From assembly GCA_030390025.1 (NCBI GenBank), contig JASTWF010000034.1, forward strand, positions 4,278,001 to 4,342,000: a DNA stretch of 64,000 bases, read 5' to 3'. Below, in pieces: positions 1 through 11,553 of the stretch (within the stretch, counting starts at the first letter, position 1; each line of letters opens with the position of its first letter). The notes below the pieces were generated by a model. The model ran no database searches and was not told the DNA's origin. It saw only the letters and a program-made list of their open reading frames with translations. The DNA comes from Squalus acanthias (lineage: Eukaryota). Position numbers and translations under genes: made by a program.

Positions 1-1391
1 GTAAACAGTGAGGGTTCATCCAGTGAAGCTGCTGACAATGCACAGAACGGTAATCGAGGTCGTATATTAGAAATAGTGAGTTCAGGTTTGGATCCGCCGA
101 ACTCAATGGTGAGCTTCTTATGCTGCTTTTGAAAATCTAGCCCTAAGATAAGATCACTACATAAGTCCTTGAGCACCGAAAGCCGGGTGGAGGGATACCT
201 GTGACCATTAAGTGTTATTTCAACCATACAACAGCCAGAAATTCTGGTATTAAGTGATGACTGAGCCATCGCAATTGCCTGGTCCGATGGGAAAACATGT
301 AGCTTTAACTCTGCAACAATCTGTTCCCTAATGAAACTATCAGTGCTACCTGAGTCAATTAAGGCATCTAAAGTATGTCCATTAATTGATGCTTTTGTAG
401 CTGCATGGAATAGGTTCTGAGGACAAGCAGCTGTAATTGGTGTCGTTGCACAAAGAGTGGCTGAAACTCTAGGTGTGTTTCTTCGAGAGAAAACCCGAGA
501 GGAAGCACGATAGATTTTAGCCGGAACATCTTGATAAGCCCTTACCGGGGCAGTTCGGTAGGACTTAGCTTGATAAGCCCTCGTAGAGGCTCTTGATAGG
601 CAAACCTTTGCAAAATGACCGTTTTTGTTGCAATGACTGCAAAACGCATTGCGAGCAGGGCAGAATTTCCGAGGGTGGAACTCATCACCACAAAAGAAGC
701 ATTTCTTCGATTGCCAAGAGGCTGCCACAGTGGGGTCATCATCCTCTTCATCAGTGAAGTCATCAGATTGATCGTCAGGGATAAAGACCTCCCTAATAGA
801 GTTCACCTGTGGCCTCTTAAATTGCCTGACTGTAGTTAAGGCAGCAGACCGAGGTCTGGGCACTGTATAAAGGTCTGCATTTCTTTTTGCCAGATCTAGA
901 GAGCAAGCCATGTCATAAGCTCTCTGAAGCTCAAGTGTCTTACTTTCCAGTAGACGCTGGCGTATAAATGGGGAGACAAGCCCGCAGATGAAAGCATCAC
1001 GGATCATTTCTTCACGGTACAGCTCAGCTGAGGCCGCCTGAAAGTTACAGTCCATACTAAGTCTGCGAAGCTCTTGGAGGAATTTATCAATGGATTCCTC
1101 CGGCCCTTGTTGGGCTGTAGCTAGTAGATGTCTGGCATAGACCTCATTCGGTGTCTTAGTATATAGTCTTTTAAGCGTCCGAATTGCCTCCTCGTAACTG
1201 CCCCATTCCTCGACATACTGAAATACATTCGGGGTGACACAGTTGATGAGTATCCGCAATTTTGAGTCATCATCAGCCTTGCAATATTCGAGAAAATTGT
1301 CAAACGTGCGATACCAGTGTTTCCACACCTTACCGGCTGCTGGGGTGTTTGGGTCCAAGTCAAGACGCGATGGTTTAATGATGTTTTCCAT
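1..1391 (-). CDS. Ty3/Gypsy gag-pol polyprotein, N-terminal part (Gag, two zinc knuckles, aspartic protease), open to the window edge
   Basis: Manual translation from the ATG at 1391 gives MENIIKPSRLDLDPNTPAAGKVWKHWYRTFDNFLE...YARHLLATAQQGPEESIDKFLQELRRLSMDCNF...EMIRDAFICGL...CFFCGDEFHPRKFCPARNAFCSHCNKNGHFAKVC...ALIDSGSTDSFI...DLILGLDFQ, with no stop down to base 1. Probably absent from the ORF track because no stop lies in the window. Confidence 0.93.
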   Translation of the reverse strand, partial: MENIIKPSRLDLDPNTPAAGKVWKHWYRTFDNFLEYCKADDDSKLRILINCVTPNVFQYVEEWGSYEEAIRTLKRLYTKTPNEVYARHLLATAQQGPEESIDKFLQELRRLSMDCNFQAASAELYREEMIRDAFICGLVSPFIRQRLLESKTLELQRAYDMACSLDLAKRNADLYTVPRPRSAALTTVRQFKRPQVNSIREVFIPDDQSDDFTDEEDDDPTVAASWQSKKCFFCGDEFHPRKFCPARNAFCSHCNKNGHFAKVCLSRASTRAYQAKSYRTAPVRAYQDVPAKIYRASSRVFSRRNTPRVSATLCATTPITAACPQNLFHAATKASINGHTLDALIDSGSTDSFIREQIVAELKLHVFPSDQAIAMAQSSLNTRISGCCMVEITLNGHRYPSTRLSVLKDLCSDLILGLDFQKQHKKLTIEFGGSKPELTISNIRPRLPFCALSAASLDEPSLF

Positions 1392-1469
1392 GATGGGTGA
1401 TTCCCTGGATCCTTAGTTCCGAGTTCGTCCAAAAAGTTTGAGTGCGAAGTTTTTCAAAGTTGATTAAAT

Positions 1470-1663
1470 TGTCGTAAGAATGAGCCTTACGCGTGGTGAA
1501 CTTAAAGTAAGCTTTAATCAACTAAAAAGGTGCTACATACAAAAGAGGTCTTACTCTATGCCTCTCCAGGATCCAACTGATCATCCCAGTATTTATCCTG
1601 GACTAATCACAGGAAGTGATGTAATAAAGTTCAAGTCACAGGAAGCTGTATTGTGTTACCACA
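1470..1663 (-). mobile_element. 5' LTR (194 bp) of the Gypsy element
   Basis: TGT...ACA ends with a 7/8 terminal inverted repeat (TGTGGTAA / TTACGACA on minus). TATA-like GATAAATA and ATTAAA on minus. Lies 78 nt upstream of the gag ATG and abuts the satellite at 1664. Confidence 0.85.
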
Positions 1664-4600
1664 CCCTCCACACTGGGGAATACAGTTTCAGTTAATTGTA
1701 TATTTAGAAATGATGCCCTCTGCACAAGGGAATAAGTTTCAGTTAATTGTTAATTTGACATGATACCCTGTTTAACGGGGAACAAATTTACAGCTAATTG
1801 TTAGTTTTACATGATGCCCTCTACACCGGGGAATAAAGTTACAGTAAATTGCTAATTTGGCATGACACGCTCTACATCGGGAAATAAATTTACAGTTAAT
1901 TGTTAATTTGACATGATGCCCTCTACACCGGGGAATAAAGTTACAGTAAATTGTTAATTTGACATGACACCCTCTACACCGGGGAATAAAGTTACAGTTA
2001 ATTGTTAATTTGACATGATTCAATCTACAACAGGGAACAAATTTACAGTTAATTATTAACTTAGAAATAATTCCCTCTACTCCGGGGAATAAAGTTACAG
2101 TTAATTGTTAATTTGACAGGATGCCCTCTACACCGGGGAATAATGTTACAGTTAATTATTAAGTTAGAAATAATTCCCTCTATTCCGGGGAATAAAGTTA
2201 CAGTTAATTATTTATTTGACATGATACACACTACTCCAGGGAAATAATTGACACTTAATTGTTAATTTGACATGATGATCTCTACACCAGGGAATAAATT
2301 TAAAGTTAATTGTTAATTTGACATGATGCCCTCTACACGGGGGAATAATGTTACATTCAATTGTTAATTTAGACATGATGCCCTCTACAACGGGGAATTG
2401 TGTTACAATCAATGTGAATTTGAAATGATAACCTCTACATCAGGGAATAAATTTACAATTAATTTTTAATTTGACATGATGCCTTCTACACCGGGGAATA
2501 AAGTTACACTTAATTATTAATTTGACATGATACACTCTACACCAGGGAATAAAGTTACAGTTCATTGTTAATTTAGACATGATACCCTCTATAGCGGGGA
2601 ATAAAGTTACAGTTAATTGTTAATTTAGACATGAAATCCTCGACACTGTGGAATAAATTTACAGTTAATTGTTAATTCCGACTTGATATCCTCTGAGCCA
2701 GAGAAAAAAGTTACAGTTGATTGTTAATTTGACATGATACCCTCGAAACCGGGTAATAAAATTACAGTTAATTGTTAATTTGATATGATATCCTCTTCAC
2801 CGGGGAATAAAGGTACAGTTAATTGTTAACTTGACATGATATCCTGTAAACTGGGGAATGAAGGTATAGTTAATTGTTCATTTAGACATGATACCCTCTA
2901 CACTGAGGAATAAAGTTACAGTCAATTGTTAATTTGACATGATACCCACTACATCGGGGAATAAACTTTAAGCTAAATGTTGATTTTACATGATACCCTC
3001 TACATCAGGGAATAAAGTTATAGTTAATTGTTAATTTGGACATGATTCTCCTTACATCGGGAATAAAGTTACAGTTAATTGTTAAATTGACATGATGCCC
3101 TCTACACCGGGGAATTAAGTTACAGTTAATTGTTAATTTAGATATGATTCCCTCTTCCCCGGGGAAAAAAGTTACAGTTAATTATTATATTGACATGATA
3201 CATACTACAAAAGGGAATAATGTTACAGTTAATTTTTAATTTTGACATGATATCCTCTGCACTGGGGGAAAAGTGACAGTTAATTGTCAATTTTACATGA
3301 TGCCCTCTACACCGGGGAATAAAGTTACAGTTAATTGTTAATTTGACGTGATGCCTCTACACCAGGGAATAAAGTTACAGTTAATTGTTAATTTGACATT
3401 ATATCATCTGCACTGGGGAAAAAGTCACAGTTAATTGTTAATTTTACAAGATGCCCTCTACACCGGGGAATATTGTTAAACTTAATTGTTCATTTTCTCA
3501 TGATACCCTTTACACTGGGGAATAAAGTTGAAGTTGATTGTTAATTTGACATGATACCCTCTACACTGTGGAATAATGTTACATTCAATTGTTTTTTTTT
3601 GACATGAAACCTTTGCACTGGGGAATAAAGATACAGTCAATTGTTAATTTGAAATGATACCCTCTGCACGGGAAATAAAGTTACAGTTAATTGTTAATTT
3701 AGACCTGAAACCCTCTACACCGGGAATAAAGTTGCAGTTAATGGTTAATTTGACAGGATTCCCTCTGCATTGTGGAATAAAGTTACAGTTAATTGCTAAT
3801 TAAGACATGATTCCCTCTACACCGGGGAATATAGTAATAGTTAATTCATAATTTGACAAGATACACTCTACACCAGGGAATAAAGTTACAGTTCATTGTT
3901 AATTTAGACATGATACCCTCTACAACGGGGAATAATGTTTCAGTTAATTGTTAAATTGACATGATACCCTCTACACCGGGGAATAAAGTTACAGTTAATT
4001 GTTAATTTAGACATGATATCCTCTACACTGTGGAATAAAGTTAAAGTTAATTGATAATTTAGACATGGTATCATCTACACCACAGAGCAAAGTTACAGTT
4101 CATTTTAATTTACACGTTATACCCTCTACACCAGGAAATAAAGTTACAGTTCATTGTTATTGAGACATGTTAACCTCTACACCGGGGAATGAAGCTACAG
4201 TTAATTGTTAATTTGACATGATACCCTTTCCACCGGGGAATGAAGGTACAGTTGATTGTTAATTTGACATGGTACCCTCTACACCAGGTAATACATTTAT
4301 AGTTAATTGTTAATTTGACATGATACCCTCTACACCGGGGATTAAAGTTACAGTTAATTGTTAATTTAGACATGATATCCTCTACACTGTGGAATAATGT
4401 TACAGTTAATTGATTATTTAGACATGGTATCATCTACACCAGAGAACAAAGTTACAGTTCATTTTTATTTTAGACATTATATCCTCGACACCGGGGAATA
4501 AATTACAGTTCATTGTTAATTGAGACATGTCAACCAATACACCGGGGAATTTTGTTACATTTAATTGTTAATTTAGACATGATACCCTCGACACTGTGGA

Positions 4601-7600
4601 ATAAAATTACAGTTAATTGTTAATTTGACATGATACCCTCTACACCGGGTAATAAAGTTACAGTTAATTGTTATTTTAGACATGATACCCTCGACACTGT
4701 GGAATAAAGTTACAGTTAATTGTTAATTTGACATGATACCCTCTACACCGGGTAAAAAGTTACAGTTAATTGTTAATTTGACATGATACCCTCTACACCG
4801 GGGAATAAAGTTACAGTTAATTGTTAATTTGACATGATATCCTCTGCACCAGGGAAAAAAGTTACAATAACTTGTTAATTTGATATAATACCCTCTAAAC
4901 CAGGGAATACATTTCCAGTTAATTGTTAATTTGACATGATATATTCTTCACCAGAAATAAAGTTACAGTTAATTTTTAATTTGACATGATATCGTCTACA
5001 CTGGGGCATGAAGTTTAAGTTAATTATTAATTTGACATGATGCCCTCTACACCGGGAACAAATTACAAGTCAATTGTTAATTTAGACATGATTCCCCACT
5101 ACAGCAGGGAATAATGTTACAGTTAATTATTAATTTGCCCTGATACACACTGCACCAGGGAATAACGTTACAGTTCATTGTTAATTTGAAATGATATCCT
5201 TTACACTGGGGAATAAAGTTACAGTTAATTGTTAATTTGACATGATATCCTCTGCACCATGGAAAAAAGTTACAATAACTTGTTCATTTTACATGATGCC
5301 CTCTGCACCGTGGACTAAAATTACAGTTAATTGATAATTTGACATGCAATCCTCTACACCAGGAAAAAAGATCCAGTTAATTGATAATTTAGACATGATA
5401 CCCGCTACACCAGAGAATAAAGTTACAGTTAATTGTTAATTTTACATGATACCATTTACACCGGGAAATAAATTTACAGTTAATTGTTAATTTGACATGA
5501 TATCCTCTGCACCAGGGAAAAAAGTTAAAATAACTTGTTAATTTTACATGATGCCCTATACACAGGGGAATAATATTACAGTTAATTGATAATTTGACAT
5601 GATACCCTCTACTCTGGGCAGAAAGTTAAAATAACTTGTTAATTTTACATGATGCCCTCTACACCGGGGAATAATATTACAGTTAATTGATAATTTGACA
5701 TGATACCCTCTACTCCGGGAAATAAATTTACAGTTAATTGTTAATTTGACATGACATCCTCTACCTTGTGGAATAAAGTTACAGTCAATTGTTAATTTTA
5801 CATGATTCCCTGTGCACCGTGGAATAACTTAGCAGTCAATTGTTAATTTGACAGGATGTCCTCTACACCGGGAATTAAAGTTACATTTAATTGTTCATTT
5901 TGACATGATGCCCTCTGCACTGTGGAAAAAGTTACAGTTTATTGTTAATTTAGACATGATACCCTCTACGCCAGAGAATAAAGTTACTGTTAATTGTTAA
6001 GTTGACATGATGTCCTCTACACCGGTGAAAAAAAACGTGTAGTTAATTGTTAATTTTACATGACGCCCTCCACACCGGGGAATAAATTTAAGTTAATTGT
6101 TAATTTAGACGTCATACCCTCTACACCGGGGAATAAATTACAGTCAATTGTTTTTTTGACATGATAACCTCTACACTGGGGAATAAATATACAGTCAATT
6201 GTGAATTTGAAATGATACACTCTACACCGGGTAATAAAGTTACAGTTAATTGTTAATTTAGACCTGATACCCTCTACACTGGGGAATAAAGTTACGGTCA
6301 GTTGTTAATTTGACATGATACCATCTTCCACGGGGAATAAAGTAACAGTCAATTGTTAATTTAGACATGATACCCTCCACAACGGGGAATAAAGTTACAG
6401 TTAATTGTTAATTTGACATGATACCCTCTACAACGGGTAAAAAAGTCACAGTTAATTGTTAATTTGATATGATACCCTCTACACCAGGGAAAACATTTAC
6501 AGTCAATTGTTAATTTCAGATGATATCCTCTTTACCAGGGAATAAAGTTGCAGTTAATTGTTAATTTGACATGATATCCACTACACTGGGGAATAAAGTT
6601 AAGAATAATTATTAATTTGACATGATGCCCTCTACACCGGGGTATAAATTAACAGTCAATTCTTAATTTAGATGTGATTCCCTGAACACCGGGGAATAAT
6701 GTTGCAGTTAATTATTAATTTGCCATGATAAACTCTACACCAGGGAATAAAGTTTCAGTTCATTGTTAATTTAGATATGATACCCTATAGACAGGGGAAT
6801 AAAGATACAGTCAATTGTTAATTTAGACATGATACCCTCTACAACGGGGAATAAAGTTACAGTTAATTGTTAATTTGACATGTTACCCTCTATATCTGGG
6901 AATAAAGTTACAGTTGATTATAAATTTGACATGATACCCTCTTTAACGGGTAAAAAAGTCACCGTTAATTGTTATTTTGATATTATACCCTCTACACCAG
7001 GGAAAACAATTACAGTCAATTGTTAATTTGACATGATATCCTCTTTGCCAGGGAATAAAGTTACAGTTAATTGTTAATTTGACATGATATCCTCTACACT
7101 GTGGAATAAAGTTAAGCATAATTATTAATTTGACATGATGCCCTCTACACCGGGGTATAATTTAACAGTCAATTCTTAATTTAGATATGATTCCCTGAAC
7201 ACCGGGGAATAATGTTGCAGTTAATTATTAATTTGACATGATAAACTCTACACCATGGAATAAAGTTACAGTTCATTGTTAATTTAGACATGATACCGTC
7301 TAGACAGGGGAATAAAGATACAGTTAATTGTTCATTTGAACTGGTACCCTCTACACCGTGAAAAGTTACAGTTCATTCTTAATTTGGACACGATACCCTC
7401 GACACTGTGGAATAAAGTTCCAGTCAATTGTTAATTAGTCATTATTCCCTCTACACCGGGGAATAATGTTACAGTTAATTGTTAATTTAGACATGATACA
7501 CTCTACACCAGGGATTAAAGTCTCAGTTAAATGTTAATTTGACATCATTCCCTCTACACCGGGGAATTAAGTTACAGTTGATTGTTAATTTGACATTATG

Positions 7601-10600
7601 CCCTCTACACAGGGGAATACATTTAAAGTTAATTGTAAAATTTAGACACGATACCCTCTATACCAGGGAATAAAGTTACAGTTAATTGTTAATTTAGACA
7701 TGATTCCTTCTACATCGGGGAATAAAGTTACAATTCATTGTTAATTGAGACATGATAACTTCTACAACGGGGAATAATTTTACAGTTAACTGTTAATTTA
7801 GACATGATAAACTCTGCACTGTGGATTAAAGTAACAGATAATTATTAATTTAGACATGATATCCTCTACACCAGGGAATAAAGTTACAGTTAATTTTTAA
7901 TTTGAAATGATATCCAGTACACAAGAGAATAAATTTACCGTTACTTTTTAATTTGACATGATATCCTCTACACCAGGGAATAAAGTTGAAGTTTATTATT
8001 AATCTGTCATAATACCCTCTACACTGGGGAATAAAGTTACAGTTAATTGTTCATTTGACATGATATCCTCTACACCGGGGAATAAAGTTACAGTGAATTG
8101 TTAATTTAGACATGATACCCTCCACACCAGAGAATAAAGTTACAGTTAATTGTTGAATTTACATGATACCCTCTACACTGTGGAATACATCTACAGTCAA
8201 TTTTTTTTTAACATGATAATCTCTACACTGGGGAATAAAGATACAGTTAATTTGAAATGTTGCTCTCTACATCGGGAGATATAATTACAGTATTTTTTAA
8301 ATTTAGACATGATGCACTCTACAACGTGGAATAAAGTTACTGTTCATTGTTAATTTGACATGATGCCCTCTACACCAGTAAATATTGTTACACTTAATAT
8401 TTAAGTTGAAATTATGCCCGCTACAAAGGTGAATAAAGTTACAGTTAATTGTTAATTTAGACATGTTACCTTCTATACCCGGGAATACATTTACAGTTAT
8501 TTGTTAATTTAGATATGTTTCGCTCCACACTGTGGAATAAAGTTACAGTATATTGTTAATTAAGAAAAGTTTCCCACCACACCAGGGAATAAAGTTACTG
8601 TCAATTGGTTACTTGACATGATAACCTCTACACCAGGGTATAAAGTTACATTTAATTGGTAAATAAGACATCATACTCTCTACACTGAGGATATAAATTA
8701 CAGGTAATTGTTAATTTGACATGATACCCTCTACACCGGGGAATAAAGTTACAGTTAATTGTTAATCTCTCATGATACCCTCTAAACTGGGGAACAAAGT
8801 TACAGTAAATTGTTGATTTGACATGATACCCTCCACACTGTGGAATAAAGTTGCAGTCATTTTTTTAACATGATAATCTCTACACTGGGGAATAAAGATA
8901 GTTAATTTGAAGTGGTACCCTATACACCGGGGAATAAAGTTACACTTAATTGTTAATTTCGACATGATGCACTCTACACCGGGGAATAAAGTTACAGTCA
9001 ATTGTTAAATTCGACATGATACACTATACACCGGGGAATAAAGTTACAGTCAATTGTTAATTTGACAAGATACCCTCTGCACCGGGGAATAAAGTTACAG
9101 TTAATTGTTAATTTCGACATGATATCCTCTGCACCGGGGAATAACATAAATGTCAATTGTAAATTTAGACATGATTTTCTGTACACAGGGGAATAAAGTT
9201 ACTGTTAATTGTTAATTTAGACTTGATGCCCTCTATACCGGGGAATAAAGTTACAGTAAATTGTTAATTTTGAAAGATGTCCTCTACACCGGGGAATAAA
9301 GTTACAGTTAATTTTTAATTTGATATGATACCCTCTACACCGGGGAATAAAGTAAAAGTTAATTGTTAATTTAGACATGATACCATCTACAAAGTGGAAT
9401 AAATTTACATGTAATGGTTTATTTAGACATGATTCCCTCCGCCCGATGAATATAGTTACAGTTAATTGCTAATTTTGACATAATACCCTCTACACCGAGG
9501 AATAAAGTTACAGATAATTGTTAATATTGACATGATGCCCTCTACACCGGGGAATAAAGTTACAGTTAATTGTTAATTTATACATGATGCCCGCTGCAAA
9601 GAGAATAATGTTAACGTGAATTGTTAATTTGACAGGATTTTCTCTACATCGGGGAATAAAGTTACTGTTAATTGTTAAATTAGACAGGATTTTCTCGACA
9701 CAGGGGAATAAAGTTACAGTTAATTGTTAATTTCGACATGATACCTGCTACACTGGGGAACAAAGTTACAGTTAATTGTTAATTTAGACATGATGCCTTC
9801 TACATCGGGGAATAAAGTTACAATCATTGTTAATTGAGACATGATAACCTCTACACCGGGGAATAAATTTACAGTTAATAGTTAATTTAGACATGATATC
9901 CTCTACAGCACAGAATAAAGTTGCAGTTAATTTTTAATTTGACATGATATCCTCTACACCGGGGAATAAAATTACAGTTAATTGTTAATTTGATATGATA
10001 CCCTCTACACCGGGGAATAAATTTACAGTTAATTGTTAAAATTTATACATGATACCCTCTGCACCAGAGAATAATGTTACAGTTAATTGTTGAATTTACA
10101 GGAAGCCCTCTACACTTTGTAATAAAGTTACAGTCATTTTTTTATCATGATAATCTATACACTGAGGAATAAAGATACAGTTAATTTGAAATGATACACT
10201 CTGCACCTGGGAATAAAGTTCCATTTAATTGCTAATTTAGACATGATACCCTCTACAACGGGAAATTAAAATTAGAGTTCATTGTTAATTTGAAATGATG
10301 CCCTCTACACCGGGAAATAAAGTTACATTTAATTGTGAACTCAAACATCATACCGTTCACACCGGGGAATATAGTTACATTTAATTGCATATTTTAACAT
10401 GATGCCCTCTACACCGGGGAATAATGTTAAAGTTAATTGTTAATTTGACACGTTGCTTCTGCATCGGAGAATAAAGTTACAGTTAATTGTTAATTTGACA
10501 TTATGCACTCTACACCGGGGAATAAAGTTACAGTTAATTGTTAATTTAAACATGATGCACTCTACACTGGGGAATAAAGTTACAGCTAATTTTTAAATTA

Positions 10601-11053
10601 GACATGATACCTTCTATACAGGGGAATAAAGTTACCGTTAATTGTAAATGTAGACAGGATTACCTCAACATTTGGGAATAAAGTTACAGTTAATTGTTAA
10701 TTTAGACACGATACCCTCTACGTCGGGGATTAATGTTACAGTTAATTGTTAATTTAGACACGATACCCTCTACGTCGGGGAATAATGTTACAGTTAATTG
10801 TTCATTTAGACATAATTCCTTCTACATCGGTGGATAACGTTACAGTTAATTGTTAATTTAGACATGATGCCCTCTACACCGGGAATAAAGATACAGTTAA
10901 TTGTTAATTTAGAAATGATGCCCTCTACACCGGGGAATAAAGATACAGTTAATTGTTAATTTTGAAATGACGCCCTCTACACCGGGCAATAAAGTTACAA
11001 TTAATTGTTAATTTGATATGAGATTCTCTACACCGGGGAATAAAGTTACAGTT
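1664..11053. repeat. 51/52-bp AT-rich tandem satellite, array 1
   Basis: Consensus TTGACATGATACCCTCTACACCGGGGAATAAAGTTACAGTTAATTGTTAAT repeated with diverged monomers. Spurious ORFs show the 17-aa period. Confidence 0.98.
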
Positions 11054-11553
11054 NNNNNNNNNNNNNNNNNNNNNNNNNNNNNNNNNNNNNNNNNNNNNNN
11101 NNNNNNNNNNNNNNNNNNNNNNNNNNNNNNNNNNNNNNNNNNNNNNNNNNNNNNNNNNNNNNNNNNNNNNNNNNNNNNNNNNNNNNNNNNNNNNNNNNNN
11201 NNNNNNNNNNNNNNNNNNNNNNNNNNNNNNNNNNNNNNNNNNNNNNNNNNNNNNNNNNNNNNNNNNNNNNNNNNNNNNNNNNNNNNNNNNNNNNNNNNNN
11301 NNNNNNNNNNNNNNNNNNNNNNNNNNNNNNNNNNNNNNNNNNNNNNNNNNNNNNNNNNNNNNNNNNNNNNNNNNNNNNNNNNNNNNNNNNNNNNNNNNNN
11401 NNNNNNNNNNNNNNNNNNNNNNNNNNNNNNNNNNNNNNNNNNNNNNNNNNNNNNNNNNNNNNNNNNNNNNNNNNNNNNNNNNNNNNNNNNNNNNNNNNNN
11501 NNNNNNNNNNNNNNNNNNNNNNNNNNNNNNNNNNNNNNNNNNNNNNNNNNNNN
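11054..11553. other. Assembly gap (500 N)
   Basis: Run of exactly 500 N, a round placeholder size. True distance is unknown. Confidence 0.99.

Noticed and set aside
542..1432. Short listed ORFs (542-763, 615-839, 1121-1432, 1234-1416)
   Set aside because: Alternative frames overlapping the real gag-protease frame.
1664..11053. CRISPR-like array, or Cys/His-rich ORFs (CNFIPRCRGHHVKLTIN)n
   Set aside because: Whole monomers repeat without unique spacers, no cas genes, vertebrate context. The ORFs are by-products of a 51-bp period and are broken by 52-bp units.
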